This document shows, piece by piece, positions 52,637 through 61,791 of a stretch of 64,000 bases of DNA. The notes beneath the pieces are model-generated. The model was not told the origin of the DNA, did not search any database, and was given only the letters and a program-made list of their open reading frames with translations. The number at the start of each line of letters is the position of its first letter. Position 1 is the stretch's first letter. Position numbers and translations under genes: made by a program. The stretch is from a virus, in IMG/VR virus record IMGVR_UViG_3300042330_000854, positions 32,001 to 96,000 of that record. One strand, given 5' to 3'.

Positions 52637-53282
52637 TAGTTAATTTAACAATTTTCAAAATTTCATCAACAGGTTTTTTATATTGAACTATATTTCCTAA
52701 ATTTTGTTCGTGTGGAATAAAATACCCAACTTTTACATTTTGATTAATTACAATGCTGTAAAAATATTTTGGAATAACAACACCATTTATAGCGCCAATT
52801 TCACCATAAGTTCCTTTGATTACCAAAGAAGGAGTTTGACGATAAATTTTCTGAATTTCATTGTCAATGCGATTCCAAATTCCACGATTAAAATTTGGCA
52901 ATTGAGGAACAATGTTACTCATCAGATATGTTTCTTTGCGTAATTGATTATTTCCACAAAAATCTTCATCTGAAACCATATGTCCACGATCATAACCTGA
53001 ATTAGAATAATTAGAACTTAAACTGCGCGAACCTGGAACAATTCGATCATCAATGATAAATTGATTGTTTTCACGAACCGAACATTTACCCCAATCTTTT
53101 CCTAAAAAAGCAACAAATTCAGGAATCTTTTTTCTATTATTATATCCAACTTCATAACCTTGATTACAAAGTAATACAATTTGATCAGTTGATTGGATAT
53201 CGTACTTTAAACCCAAATTACATGTTTGGGCTAAAGATAAATTACTAAACAATAATACAACAAAAAACAAAACATATTTCAT
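52629..53282 (-). CDS. Secreted DNA/RNA non-specific endonuclease (NucA/EndoG type)
   Basis: Signal peptide, SGYDRGHM, TYLMSNIVPQ..FNRGIW. Confidence 0.92.
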   Translation of the reverse strand: MKYVLFFVVLLFSNLSLAQTCNLGLKYDIQSTDQIVLLCNQGYEVGYNNRKKIPEFVAFLGKDWGKCSVRENNQFIIDDRIVPGSRSLSSNYSNSGYDRGHMVSDEDFCGNNQLRKETYLMSNIVPQLPNFNRGIWNRIDNEIQKIYRQTPSLVIKGTYGEIGAINGVVIPKYFYSIVINQNVKVGYFIPHEQNLGNIVQYKKPVDEILKIVKLTIN

Positions 53283-53418
53283 CGTTTTCTCCTTTAATGA
53301 ATTTTCATCTTACCGATATTTTTTCTAATAATCAACAAAATAATTTAAAAATTTTTTCTCTTGTTTAAAAAAAGATTGATGTTAAGATTTTCCAATAAAC
53401 AAAAAGGAGGAATTTAAA

Positions 53419-53811
53419 ATGCGATTTAACGATAAACTTCAAAGAAAATTTTATCAATTAGAACGAGAAAAGCGTTTGGTGGAACAAAATTATCAATGCT
53501 TTTATTGTAAAGAAATTATCACTAAAAATGAAGTAACTGCCGATCATGTAATTCCAATTAAACAAACAAAACGACATAGCGATTGTAATATTGTTGCTAG
53601 TTGCATAAATTGTAATAGAAAAAAAGCAGCAATGACAATTGACGAATTTAAAAATTATAATTTTAAAAAAGTTCCTAATGAACTAAAAGAATTTTTTGAA
53701 ATTTTAGAAACAAGAACGCGCAAAGCAGAATTTAATCTTGATATTAAAACTCACTTTACAAGTTTTCGCCATTGGCAAACTTATTGGCAAAAAAGGAATA
53801 AATGGAAATGA
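53419..53811 (+). CDS. HNH endonuclease
   Basis: CFYC..DHVIP..N.VASCINCN. Confidence 0.88.
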   Translation: MRFNDKLQRKFYQLEREKRLVEQNYQCFYCKEIITKNEVTADHVIPIKQTKRHSDCNIVASCINCNRKKAAMTIDEFKNYNFKKVPNELKEFFEILETRTRKAEFNLDIKTHFTSFRHWQTYWQKRNKWK

Positions 53812-54143
53812 GTAAAGTTTTTTATATTGATGGAATGAAAGTACCAGATGATGAATTTCCAGTTACTCCTTGGGAACTTATTTCTTCACCCGACGAAAAC
53901 ACACCTGCTTTTGAAAATTTAGAAACAGGTTTTAAATCTTGGTGCTTAAAACATTATGTCTTGCATCGATTAACTGGACCAGCAAGAATTTTACCAAATG
54001 GGGCTTGTCAATTTTATCTTAATGGTAAAAATTATGAAACCGTAAAAGAATGGATTGTGGATCATCCAAATCCCGATTTATATTTTCATAAAATTGGTGT
54101 TTTTACAGAAACCGATAAAATTTTGTGGTTTTTACAAAATTAG
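53808..54143 (+). CDS. HRLTGPA-family protein, A-type tail
   Basis: Family motifs. Confidence 0.9.
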   Translation: MSKVFYIDGMKVPDDEFPVTPWELISSPDENTPAFENLETGFKSWCLKHYVLHRLTGPARILPNGACQFYLNGKNYETVKEWIVDHPNPDLYFHKIGVFTETDKILWFLQN

Positions 54144-54260
54144 TTTTAAAGCGATTTAAAGCCTATTAATCTAATTAGCTACCCAACTACCTAAATCAAT
54201 TTAAAACTGCTGTAACATGCCTCTAAATGCAATTAAACACCTATTTGAAAGAAAATATAA

Positions 54261-54590
54261 ATGATCATTTATTATATCGATGGCAAAAAATATATAGCTA
54301 AAAAATATCAAAATATTCCTATATATAAAATTTCTTCACCTGATGAAAATATACCTGCTTATGAAAATTTAGATTCAGGTTTTAAATATTGGTGTAAAAA
54401 AGGAGATATTTTTCATCGATTAACTGGGCCATCAACAATTTTGGCTGATGGAACAAATTATTTTTATCTTAATAATAAAAGATATATGAATATTCGAGAA
54501 TGGATTAATAACCATCCAAATCCAGATTTATACTTCGATGCAATTGGATTGAATGAAACCGATAAAGTTTTATGGTTTTTACAAAATTAA
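54261..54590 (+). CDS. HRLTGPA-family protein, A-type tail
   Basis: Family motifs. Confidence 0.9.
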   Translation: MIIYYIDGKKYIAKKYQNIPIYKISSPDENIPAYENLDSGFKYWCKKGDIFHRLTGPSTILADGTNYFYLNNKRYMNIREWINNHPNPDLYFDAIGLNETDKVLWFLQN

Positions 54591-54613
54591 AACTGATATT
54601 TGAAAGAAAATAA

Positions 54614-54928
54614 ATGACAATTATTTATTATATTGATGGTGAAAAATTTATTGTTGATGATTGGTTTAAAATTGAAAACATGCTATTTGATTTTTCTTCA
54701 CCAAATGAAGAAACGCCCGCTTGGGAAAACTTAGAAACTGGTAAAAAAGTATGGTGCTTAAAAGGATATCGTTATCATCGCTTAACAGGACCAGCAATTT
54801 ATTGGGCATCTGGTGATTATTCTTTTGGGCTATATGGTATTTTTTATGATGATATTTATGATTGGTTAAAAATACATCCAAATCAAGATAACTCTTTTCA
54901 AATTGAAATGTTGTTAAAATACACATAA
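54614..54928 (+). CDS. HRLTGPA-family protein, B-type tail
   Basis: Family motifs. Confidence 0.9.
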   Translation: MTIIYYIDGEKFIVDDWFKIENMLFDFSSPNEETPAWENLETGKKVWCLKGYRYHRLTGPAIYWASGDYSFGLYGIFYDDIYDWLKIHPNQDNSFQIEMLLKYT

Positions 54929-55036
54929 TTTGATTATATGAATAAATTTTCTATTCATGGAGAGCCGCAGAAAACAAAGAAATATTGAGAGTGTTCGTAC
55001 AACTGCAACTTAACAAAAATTAAATTTAAAAATTAC

Positions 55037-55109
55037 TTGACAAAGATCAGAAAATTTTTAATATTGGGTTCACGTCTAAATTAATGGGAGCTTATAATCT
55101 CCCATTTTT
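55037..55109 (+). promoter_or_regulatory. Stereotyped promoter followed directly by a terminator (empty cassette)
   Basis: TTGACA-AAGATCAGAAAATTTT-TAATAT, then ATGGGAG/CTCCCAT-TTTT. Confidence 0.6.
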
Positions 55110-55124
55110 CTTTTAAATATTCTT

Positions 55125-58100
55125 ATGTCAAATAGTTTAAAACAATCAGAATTATACGCGGCACAAGATTGGCGCACACTTTATCAAGCATTTACAAATA
55201 TTAATTTTAATGCAACTGATCCAGTTAGTATAAATCAAAGTTTACGTGAGTATGCACAAAAAGCTTATCCAGAAGATTTTAATGATTGGAATGAAGCTTC
55301 TAGCTTTGTTGCTCATATAGATTTATTAAGTTGGTTAGCTGGTACAGTTGCTTTTCGTCAAGATGTTGCCGCAAGAGAAAATTTTCTTGAAACTGCGGAA
55401 TCAAGAGAAAGTATTTTAAAATTAGCTAGATTTTTAAGTTATGTGCCAAGTAGAAATATTCCTTTACGTGGATTAGCTAAAATAGTTCAAATTCAATCAG
55501 ATGATGATTTAATTGATTCAAGTGGTAATAATTTAAACAATCAAATTGTATTATGGAATGATCCTGATAATTTAGATTGGTATGAACAATTTACTTTAAT
55601 TATGAATTCGGCTTTTATTCAAACTAACCCGTTTGGTGTTCCATTAGAAACAGCAAATATTGGTAATATTAAAACACAAAATTATCGCGTTAATACACCA
55701 AATACTGCATTGCCTTTATATGGTTTTCAATGTCAAGTTAATTCAAGAAATTTACCTTTTGAATTAACTACAGTTGATATTTCAGCATCAAATGGATTTA
55801 CAGAATTATTCCCAAGCAATAATAATAGTTTTCAATTAACTTATAGAAATGATGGTCAAGGTTTTGCCAGTAACAATACTGGTTTTTTTGCATATTGGAC
55901 TCAAGGTACTTTACAAAATCAAGTATTTAATATTGATAATCCAAGAGAAAATACTATTATAGATGTTAATGTTCCTAATATTAATAATAATGATATTTGG
56001 GTTGAAACAATTGATGAAAATGGAAATAGTTTAATCACTTGGACTAAAGTTCCCGGCTTGTTTACAGATAATGTTGTTTTTAATGCGGTTCCGCCAGCTA
56101 ATAGAAATATTTTTCAAGTTATTACAAGAGATAATGATCAAATTTCATTAAAATTTTCTGATGGTTTATTTGGAAATATCCCAACAGGCAGAATTAGAGT
56201 TTGGTATCGTGTTTCAAATGGTGATAATCAAATTTTATATCCAAAAGATATGACAAGAACAACTGTAACAATTCCTTATGTTAATTCTGCTGGATTATTA
56301 AAAAGATTATTTGTTTATTTTTCATTAACTTCATCAGTTGCAAATTCTGCACCTTCTGAAACTACAGAACAAATTCGTCGCAGAGCCAATCAAACATATT
56401 TGGCACAAGGAAGAATGGTTACTGGTGAAGATTATAATTTATTTCCATTGCAAACAAATTTAGCAACAAAAATAAAATCGGTTAATAGAACTTATAGTGG
56501 ACACAGTACATACTTGGATTTAAATGATCCAACTGGAAATCATAATACAGTAAACATTTTAGGTTCAGATGGTATTTTAGCTTATGAAATGGTTGAAGAA
56601 TATAACGAATATTTTGATATTGGTAGCGTTGATATTGATTTAGTTATTGCTAATACATTAAATCAAATGTTAATTAAATCAACTGTAAAAACTTATATGC
56701 TAAATGAAATGAAAAAATTAAATATTATTCCAAGTACGCCGCTATATTGGAAAAATGTTATTGTTGATAATGATTCATCATCTGGTGTTTTTTCAGATAC
56801 AAGAAATTCTCAATATTTTCCTTTTTCTGTTGGCGTAGGTGTTGGTTTAGGTCAACAATTTATTTCATCAGGCAGTTATTTAATATTTGATGATAAAGTT
56901 TGTTATGTTAATAATTTATCAGGAAATGGAACAAATCAAGAACAAGGTGGAATTGTTGTACTTCCTGCCATTGAAAATAATCGTGAATTAACACAAATTA
57001 TTCCTGCTTGGAGAAATTCATTTAATGCTTTAGAATATTCAACATTAGTTTCTTTATTAACTAATCGTGCAAATACTGAAATTTTTTGGGATTATTTAAG
57101 TCAAAATTATATTATAAGAGAAATTGTATTAAATCAACAAAATCCAATGAATAGTATTTTAATTGGTACTGTAAAATACATAGGTAATAGTTGGTGTTTT
57201 ACCTTGTTTGGTTTAAGAATGTTTTTTGAAAGTGTGCAAGAAACACGTTGGTATTTTGAAAATGAAAATTTAGGATTAGACCCAAATACAGGTGAATTAA
57301 AAAGAGATACTATAACTTTATTACCTCAAAATTTAATAAAAATTGTAGGTGAAAATTGGCAACAAAATAAATCTTATCAAAAAAATGATATTGTTTATTA
57401 TAATAATCAAACTTTTGAATGCTTGACCAATCATGTTTCTGGTAATATCTTTGTTGAACAATTAACTGATATTGATAGTTTAAAAGTAAATCCACAACCA
57501 TTTGATGTAACTGTAACCAATATTGATGTTCCAGATATTTTCATTCCAAATAATACAAATATCGGCTATTTTGTAAGATTTTTAGAATTTACTGCAACAT
57601 CATTAGAAGATGATAATGATATTTCTATTAATACAGTTGAAATAGAATTTAATATTCCAATATTAACTACAACTCAAACATTAGTTTTAAATCCAATTGT
57701 TCAAATTTTAGACGGCATTAATACAACAATTACTGCTAGAATTAATATTGATAACTTATCAGTTACTATTTCAATTGATGATATTGCTGTAACTGATATT
57801 TCAGGAACCGTTAATTTTTCATTTCCAACATTAACTTTTAATCGAGATGATTTAACAGAAACTAATTTACAAAATAATCCTCTTAAAATATCAAATAATA
57901 GTGGAGAAGTTTATTATAAAAATACCCAAGAATTAACAGTTCCGCCATTTTCTATAATTAAAAATGTTGATTTGGGTGTTATTGAAATTGATCCAAGTAG
58001 TGAATTATCAATTACTACTTTATGGAAACCAATTGTTTATCAAAATAATAAAGAAAGTAATTTAGTTATTGAACGATTATATGAATATTTGGATGGATAT

Positions 58101-59135
58101 TCTGAACCAAGAAGAATTATTGTTAATTCAACAGATGAAAATAATGATGGGCAGTTAGATGAACCTTTTGTTTATTTGAAATATTTGGCTGAAAATAACG
58201 AAAATTTTAATTTATTATTTTGGGAAAAATACACAGATCAAAACGATTATGTTTATCGTAAACCTTTGATTGACGTTTGGGTGTTTGATTTATTATCGAG
58301 CAAAGACGATTATAATAGTATTTTAACTGGCGTTGCTCCAAGTGTTAATACTATTGCTTATGTTATTGAAAATAAAACTTTTTGGAAATTTAATGTAGAT
58401 AATGAATGGGAACAAATATCATCCGATAATTATTTTGTTGGTCAAGGTTATGGTTTGAATAACCCAAAATATTTTATTACTGAAAATAATTTTTATAGTA
58501 TCGATCCAAAAGGATTATATTATAGATGGAAACGATATGCTCCATTTGAAAATAGAATTGATCCTTCGGTTAGTAATATAATTGATATTTTCGTATTATC
58601 AAATGAATATGATCAATTATATCGTAATTGGATCGGTTCTGGTGCTGACATTAATTCTCGCCCTATTCCACCAACTGCTACAGATTTAAAAATAGCTTTT
58701 TCTTCTTTTGAACAATTTAAAATGTTTTCTGATGAAATTGTTTGGCGACCTGTTATGTTTAAAGATATTTTTGGTGATAGTTCTTTGCCTGAATATCAAG
58801 GTAAATTTGTTGTGGTAAAAAATCCAACTTCACAATTAAGTGATGGTGAAATTAAATCAAGAATTTTAAATGCAATTGCTGAATTTTTTGATGCAAGTCG
58901 TTGGGATTTTGGCGAAACTTTTTATTTTCAAACAATGAGTGCTTATGTAATGTTAAGTTTAGCTACACACATTGATAGCTTTACCGTTGTGCCAATGATG
59001 CAAAATAGTGCTTATGGTAATTTATTTGAAATGAAATGTAATTCAGATGAATTGTTTATTAGTACAGCACAACCAAAAGATATACAGTTTGTTAAATCAA
59101 ATACTGCTGATATATTACGTGTTGGTAAAATATAA
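55125..59135 (+). CDS. Baseplate wedge subunit (T4 gp6-like) with internal carbohydrate-binding-like module
   Basis: PEDFND, ENFLETA..RESIL.LAR.LSY.P, FSDGLFG.IP, Q.RMVT.EDY, WDFGE; WQQNKSY..DIVYY..F.C..H. Confidence 0.92.
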   Translation: MSNSLKQSELYAAQDWRTLYQAFTNINFNATDPVSINQSLREYAQKAYPEDFNDWNEASSFVAHIDLLSWLAGTVAFRQDVAARENFLETAESRESILKLARFLSYVPSRNIPLRGLAKIVQIQSDDDLIDSSGNNLNNQIVLWNDPDNLDWYEQFTLIMNSAFIQTNPFGVPLETANIGNIKTQNYRVNTPNTALPLYGFQCQVNSRNLPFELTTVDISASNGFTELFPSNNNSFQLTYRNDGQGFASNNTGFFAYWTQGTLQNQVFNIDNPRENTIIDVNVPNINNNDIWVETIDENGNSLITWTKVPGLFTDNVVFNAVPPANRNIFQVITRDNDQISLKFSDGLFGNIPTGRIRVWYRVSNGDNQILYPKDMTRTTVTIPYVNSAGLLKRLFVYFSLTSSVANSAPSETTEQIRRRANQTYLAQGRMVTGEDYNLFPLQTNLATKIKSVNRTYSGHSTYLDLNDPTGNHNTVNILGSDGILAYEMVEEYNEYFDIGSVDIDLVIANTLNQMLIKSTVKTYMLNEMKKLNIIPSTPLYWKNVIVDNDSSSGVFSDTRNSQYFPFSVGVGVGLGQQFISSGSYLIFDDKVCYVNNLSGNGTNQEQGGIVVLPAIENNRELTQIIPAWRNSFNALEYSTLVSLLTNRANTEIFWDYLSQNYIIREIVLNQQNPMNSILIGTVKYIGNSWCFTLFGLRMFFESVQETRWYFENENLGLDPNTGELKRDTITLLPQNLIKIVGENWQQNKSYQKNDIVYYNNQTFECLTNHVSGNIFVEQLTDIDSLKVNPQPFDVTVTNIDVPDIFIPNNTNIGYFVRFLEFTATSLEDDNDISINTVEIEFNIPILTTTQTLVLNPIVQILDGINTTITARINIDNLSVTISIDDIAVTDISGTVNFSFPTLTFNRDDLTETNLQNNPLKISNNSGEVYYKNTQELTVPPFSIIKNVDLGVIEIDPSSELSITTLWKPIVYQNNKESNLVIERLYEYLDGYSEPRRIIVNSTDENNDGQLDEPFVYLKYLAENNENFNLLFWEKYTDQNDYVYRKPLIDVWVFDLLSSKDDYNSILTGVAPSVNTIAYVIENKTFWKFNVDNEWEQISSDNYFVGQGYGLNNPKYFITENNFYSIDPKGLYYRWKRYAPFENRIDPSVSNIIDIFVLSNEYDQLYRNWIGSGADINSRPIPPTATDLKIAFSSFEQFKMFSDEIVWRPVMFKDIFGDSSLPEYQGKFVVVKNPTSQLSDGEIKSRILNAIAEFFDASRWDFGETFYFQTMSAYVMLSLATHIDSFTVVPMMQNSAYGNLFEMKCNSDELFISTAQPKDIQFVKSNTADILRVGKI

Positions 59136-59159
59136 AGGGGAGCTAAATAGCTCCCCTTT
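59134..59159. terminator. Bidirectional intrinsic terminator
   Basis: AAAGGGGAGCTA/TAGCTCCCCTTT. Confidence 0.85.
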
Positions 59160-59454
59160 ATTTTGAAATTTTAATTGTTTTAAAATATCTATATTCATCT
59201 AAATCACCTTCAATACTTTCATGTTGTTCAACTTTCCAACCATTGTTTTTCAGGTAATCAATAACAAGATCAATTAACTCTTGATCATCATCAAAAATAT
59301 CACCAAAAGTATCACCTTTAGAATTTCGTTCAACAAAATTAATAAGATGATAATAAAGTTGTGGTAAAATAATATTGAATTTATCATAAATCGTCATTGT
59401 AAATTCTCGATTTACAATGCTTTTAATATTTTCTCGTGATAAGTCATAATGCAT
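59158..59454 (-). CDS. Hypothetical protein
   Basis: AAGGA RBS. Confidence 0.7.
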   Translation of the reverse strand: MHYDLSRENIKSIVNREFTMTIYDKFNIILPQLYYHLINFVERNSKGDTFGDIFDDDQELIDLVIDYLKNNGWKVEQHESIEGDLDEYRYFKTIKISK

Positions 59455-59472
59455 TTTTGTTTCCTTCTTTTA

Positions 59473-59838
59473 TTAATTTAACATATCATTATAACCAAAT
59501 AAATTAGTCATTTTTGATTTAAAAGATTCACTTTTATTTGGGTGATCTTTAAGCCAATCTTGTAAATTATTATAATAACATTTATCATTTAAATAAAATT
59601 CATATGTTGCATTATAGCGAATAGCTGCTGGTCCAGTTAAGCGATGAAATTTATTTCCTTTTAAACACCAAATTTTTTCACCTGTTTTTAAATTTTCAAA
59701 AGCAGGTGTATTTTCATTTGGTGATGAAATTTTATACCAAGGAATTACCAAATAATTATCGCTTGAAAATTTCTTACCATCGATATAGTAAATATATCGA
59801 TTATTTTTTTTAAATAAATTAAAAATGTATTTTAACAT
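59473..59838 (-). CDS. HRLTGPA-family protein, B-like tail
   Basis: Family motifs. Confidence 0.88.
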   Translation of the reverse strand: MLKYIFNLFKKNNRYIYYIDGKKFSSDNYLVIPWYKISSPNENTPAFENLKTGEKIWCLKGNKFHRLTGPAAIRYNATYEFYLNDKCYYNNLQDWLKDHPNKSESFKSKMTNLFGYNDMLN

Positions 59839-59865
59839 AATATTTTATCCTTCTTGTATTATTTT

Positions 59866-59894
59866 ATAATAGAAAATTTTTTATAATTTGTCAA
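59866..59894 (-). promoter_or_regulatory. Stereotyped strong promoter
   Basis: TTGACA-AATTATAAAAAATTTTC-TATTAT. Confidence 0.8.
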
Positions 59895-59898
59895 CTAA

Positions 59899-60240
59899 TT
59901 AATTTTGTAAAAACCATAAAACTCGTTCTGTTTCTGTTAAATTGATTACATCAAAATAAAGATCGGGATTTGGATGATTATTAAGCCAATCCTGAATATT
60001 TTTATATGGTTTTCCATTTAAATAAAATTCTCCAAAACCATCACCCCAAATTCTTGCTGGGCCGCTTAATCGATGCAAATACGAATGTTTATTGCGCCAT
60101 TCTTTATATCCAGTTTCTAAATCTTCTAAAGCAGGTGTATTATCATCAGGCGAGGAAATTTTAATATAAGTTCTGAGGTTATAAAGTATATTAGTTTTAT
60201 TTTGAATACCGTTTTCATAATATACATAAATATATTTCAT
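59899..60240 (-). CDS. HRLTGPA-family protein, A-type tail
   Basis: Family motifs. Confidence 0.88.
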   Translation of the reverse strand: MKYIYVYYENGIQNKTNILYNLRTYIKISSPDDNTPALEDLETGYKEWRNKHSYLHRLSGPARIWGDGFGEFYLNGKPYKNIQDWLNNHPNPDLYFDVINLTETERVLWFLQN

Positions 60241-60314
60241 AAAATTTTATCCTTTTTTATTGATTTATAAAACAAATATTAGCATAATCAAAGAAATAAA
60301 ACAATAGGTTAAAA

Positions 60315-61028
60315 ATGGAAAATTTAGAAACAGAAGATATTGATTATATTACCGAATTAAAACTAAAAACCACAGTAGTTAGAATAATCGATAAAATGTT
60401 TATTCCTTGCACATTAAGATTAAAAGCAGAATTGTTTATTAATCCAGATAGTGATCCAGAACAAACAGATTTGGCCTTAACAAAAATAAAATACTGGTTT
60501 GAACATATTGTTAGCCGTTGTGTTATTTTTGATCATCTTAATAGTTTCGCAATTAATGCATTAATAAAAGATGGCAAATCTTTAACAACAAATATTTTAA
60601 TGGTAACACCTAGAAATCCAAACGATCAACACTTAGCTGAATTATTTCAATGTAAAGCTGAATTATTTCAATGTAAATTAGCGGCATTAAGTGCAGGACA
60701 TTTGGGAATTGGTATGGTTGAAATTACATCAGATAACGTTATGGGATTAACTTTTACTTTTATTGGAAGTGGTTTTGAATCATTACCAACAATTGAACAA
60801 TGGGTTGGAAAAATTCGTTATTTTGATGAACCTTGGTGGGCAAGAGATGATTCTAGTACATTAGATATTCAACCAAACGAAGATGCAGATTTAAACATAA
60901 AACCCGCATTTGCTCAAAATTTAGATTTCTTAGGAAATATTATGAACCCATCAAATATTCCTCAAGATTCAAAAATTATTAAAACAACTTTTAAACCAAA
61001 AATTATAAATCCAAATGACAGAAAATAA
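60315..61028 (+). CDS. Conserved-type hypothetical protein
   Basis: ORF coupled to the DnaE N-half; PWW.R.D.ST.D motif. Confidence 0.75.
   Translation: MENLETEDIDYITELKLKTTVVRIIDKMFIPCTLRLKAELFINPDSDPEQTDLALTKIKYWFEHIVSRCVIFDHLNSFAINALIKDGKSLTTNILMVTPRNPNDQHLAELFQCKAELFQCKLAALSAGHLGIGMVEITSDNVMGLTFTFIGSGFESLPTIEQWVGKIRYFDEPWWARDDSSTLDIQPNEDADLNIKPAFAQNLDFLGNIMNPSNIPQDSKIIKTTFKPKIINPNDRK
60635..60676 (+). repeat. Perfect in-frame 21-bp tandem duplication
   Basis: AGCTGAATTATTTCAATGTAA x2 (AELFQCK x2). Confidence 0.95.
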
Positions 61029-61470
61029 TACTATTTTAGGTTTATTAAATGGATTAGATTTAGAAATGATTGTTTGTGAAAAACAAACAATCATTTCTTT
61101 AAATGAACAAATGAAAAAACATTATAATGATATTTTTAAATTTGAAGATTATTCAGATAGAGAAAATCAAAAAATTTGGATGATGCCTGAAAAATATTAT
61201 AATCTTGATATTGAAAATTATTTTGAAAAATTTAAAAATAATAAAAATAAAATAAGAATCGAAGAAGAGTTACAAATTTATAAAGAAAAAGATTTGTTTG
61301 TTCTTTTAAAATATTTAATTTTTTTGGTTGATGTTATGAAAGAAAACAATGTTGTTTGGGGAGTAGGTCGTGGAAGTAGTTGTGCAAGTTATTTGCTATA
61401 TTTAATTGAACTACATGATATTGATTCGGATAAATATGATATATCTATAAATGAATTTTTAAGAGGATAA
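61015..61470 (+). CDS. dnaE: DNA polymerase III alpha-like N-palm fragment (N-half of split DnaE)
   Basis: RIEEELQI, WGVGRGSSCASYLLYLI..HDID..KY.I...EFLR. Confidence 0.88.
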   Translation: MTENNTILGLLNGLDLEMIVCEKQTIISLNEQMKKHYNDIFKFEDYSDRENQKIWMMPEKYYNLDIENYFEKFKNNKNKIRIEEELQIYKEKDLFVLLKYLIFLVDVMKENNVVWGVGRGSSCASYLLYLIELHDIDSDKYDISINEFLRG

Positions 61471-61473
61471 CAA

Positions 61474-61791
61474 ATGGCTCAAATTTACACTTCAATTAAA
61501 CGCATACCAGTTCCAGAAACACTTTTTCAAAATTCCGACACTTTGGCTATTAGTCATGGTGGCAGATTTAACGCAGCAGGCGATTTAATAGGCCCAAACG
61601 GTAGAATAATTAAAACTTATGAAGATTTTAATGCTGAATATAATCGTAATAACCCACAATCAGTTGTAAAAGCAGATTTAACACCAAATACCGAACCTAA
61701 AGAAGATATGGTTTTTGAAACCCCTCAACAAGCATTACAACGTTTAGAAAAAATGATGATGGATGAAAAAGCCAAAGCGAAAAGAAAATAA
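61474..61791 (+). CDS. Hypothetical protein
   Basis: NAAGDLIGPNGRIIK pattern, GAGGA RBS. Confidence 0.7.
   Translation: MAQIYTSIKRIPVPETLFQNSDTLAISHGGRFNAAGDLIGPNGRIIKTYEDFNAEYNRNNPQSVVKADLTPNTEPKEDMVFETPQQALQRLEKMMMDEKAKAKRK

Noticed and set aside
19004-60240. HRLTGPA family as a DGR or IS element
   Set aside because: No reverse transcriptase, template repeat, transposase, terminal inverted repeats or target duplications seen in the window.
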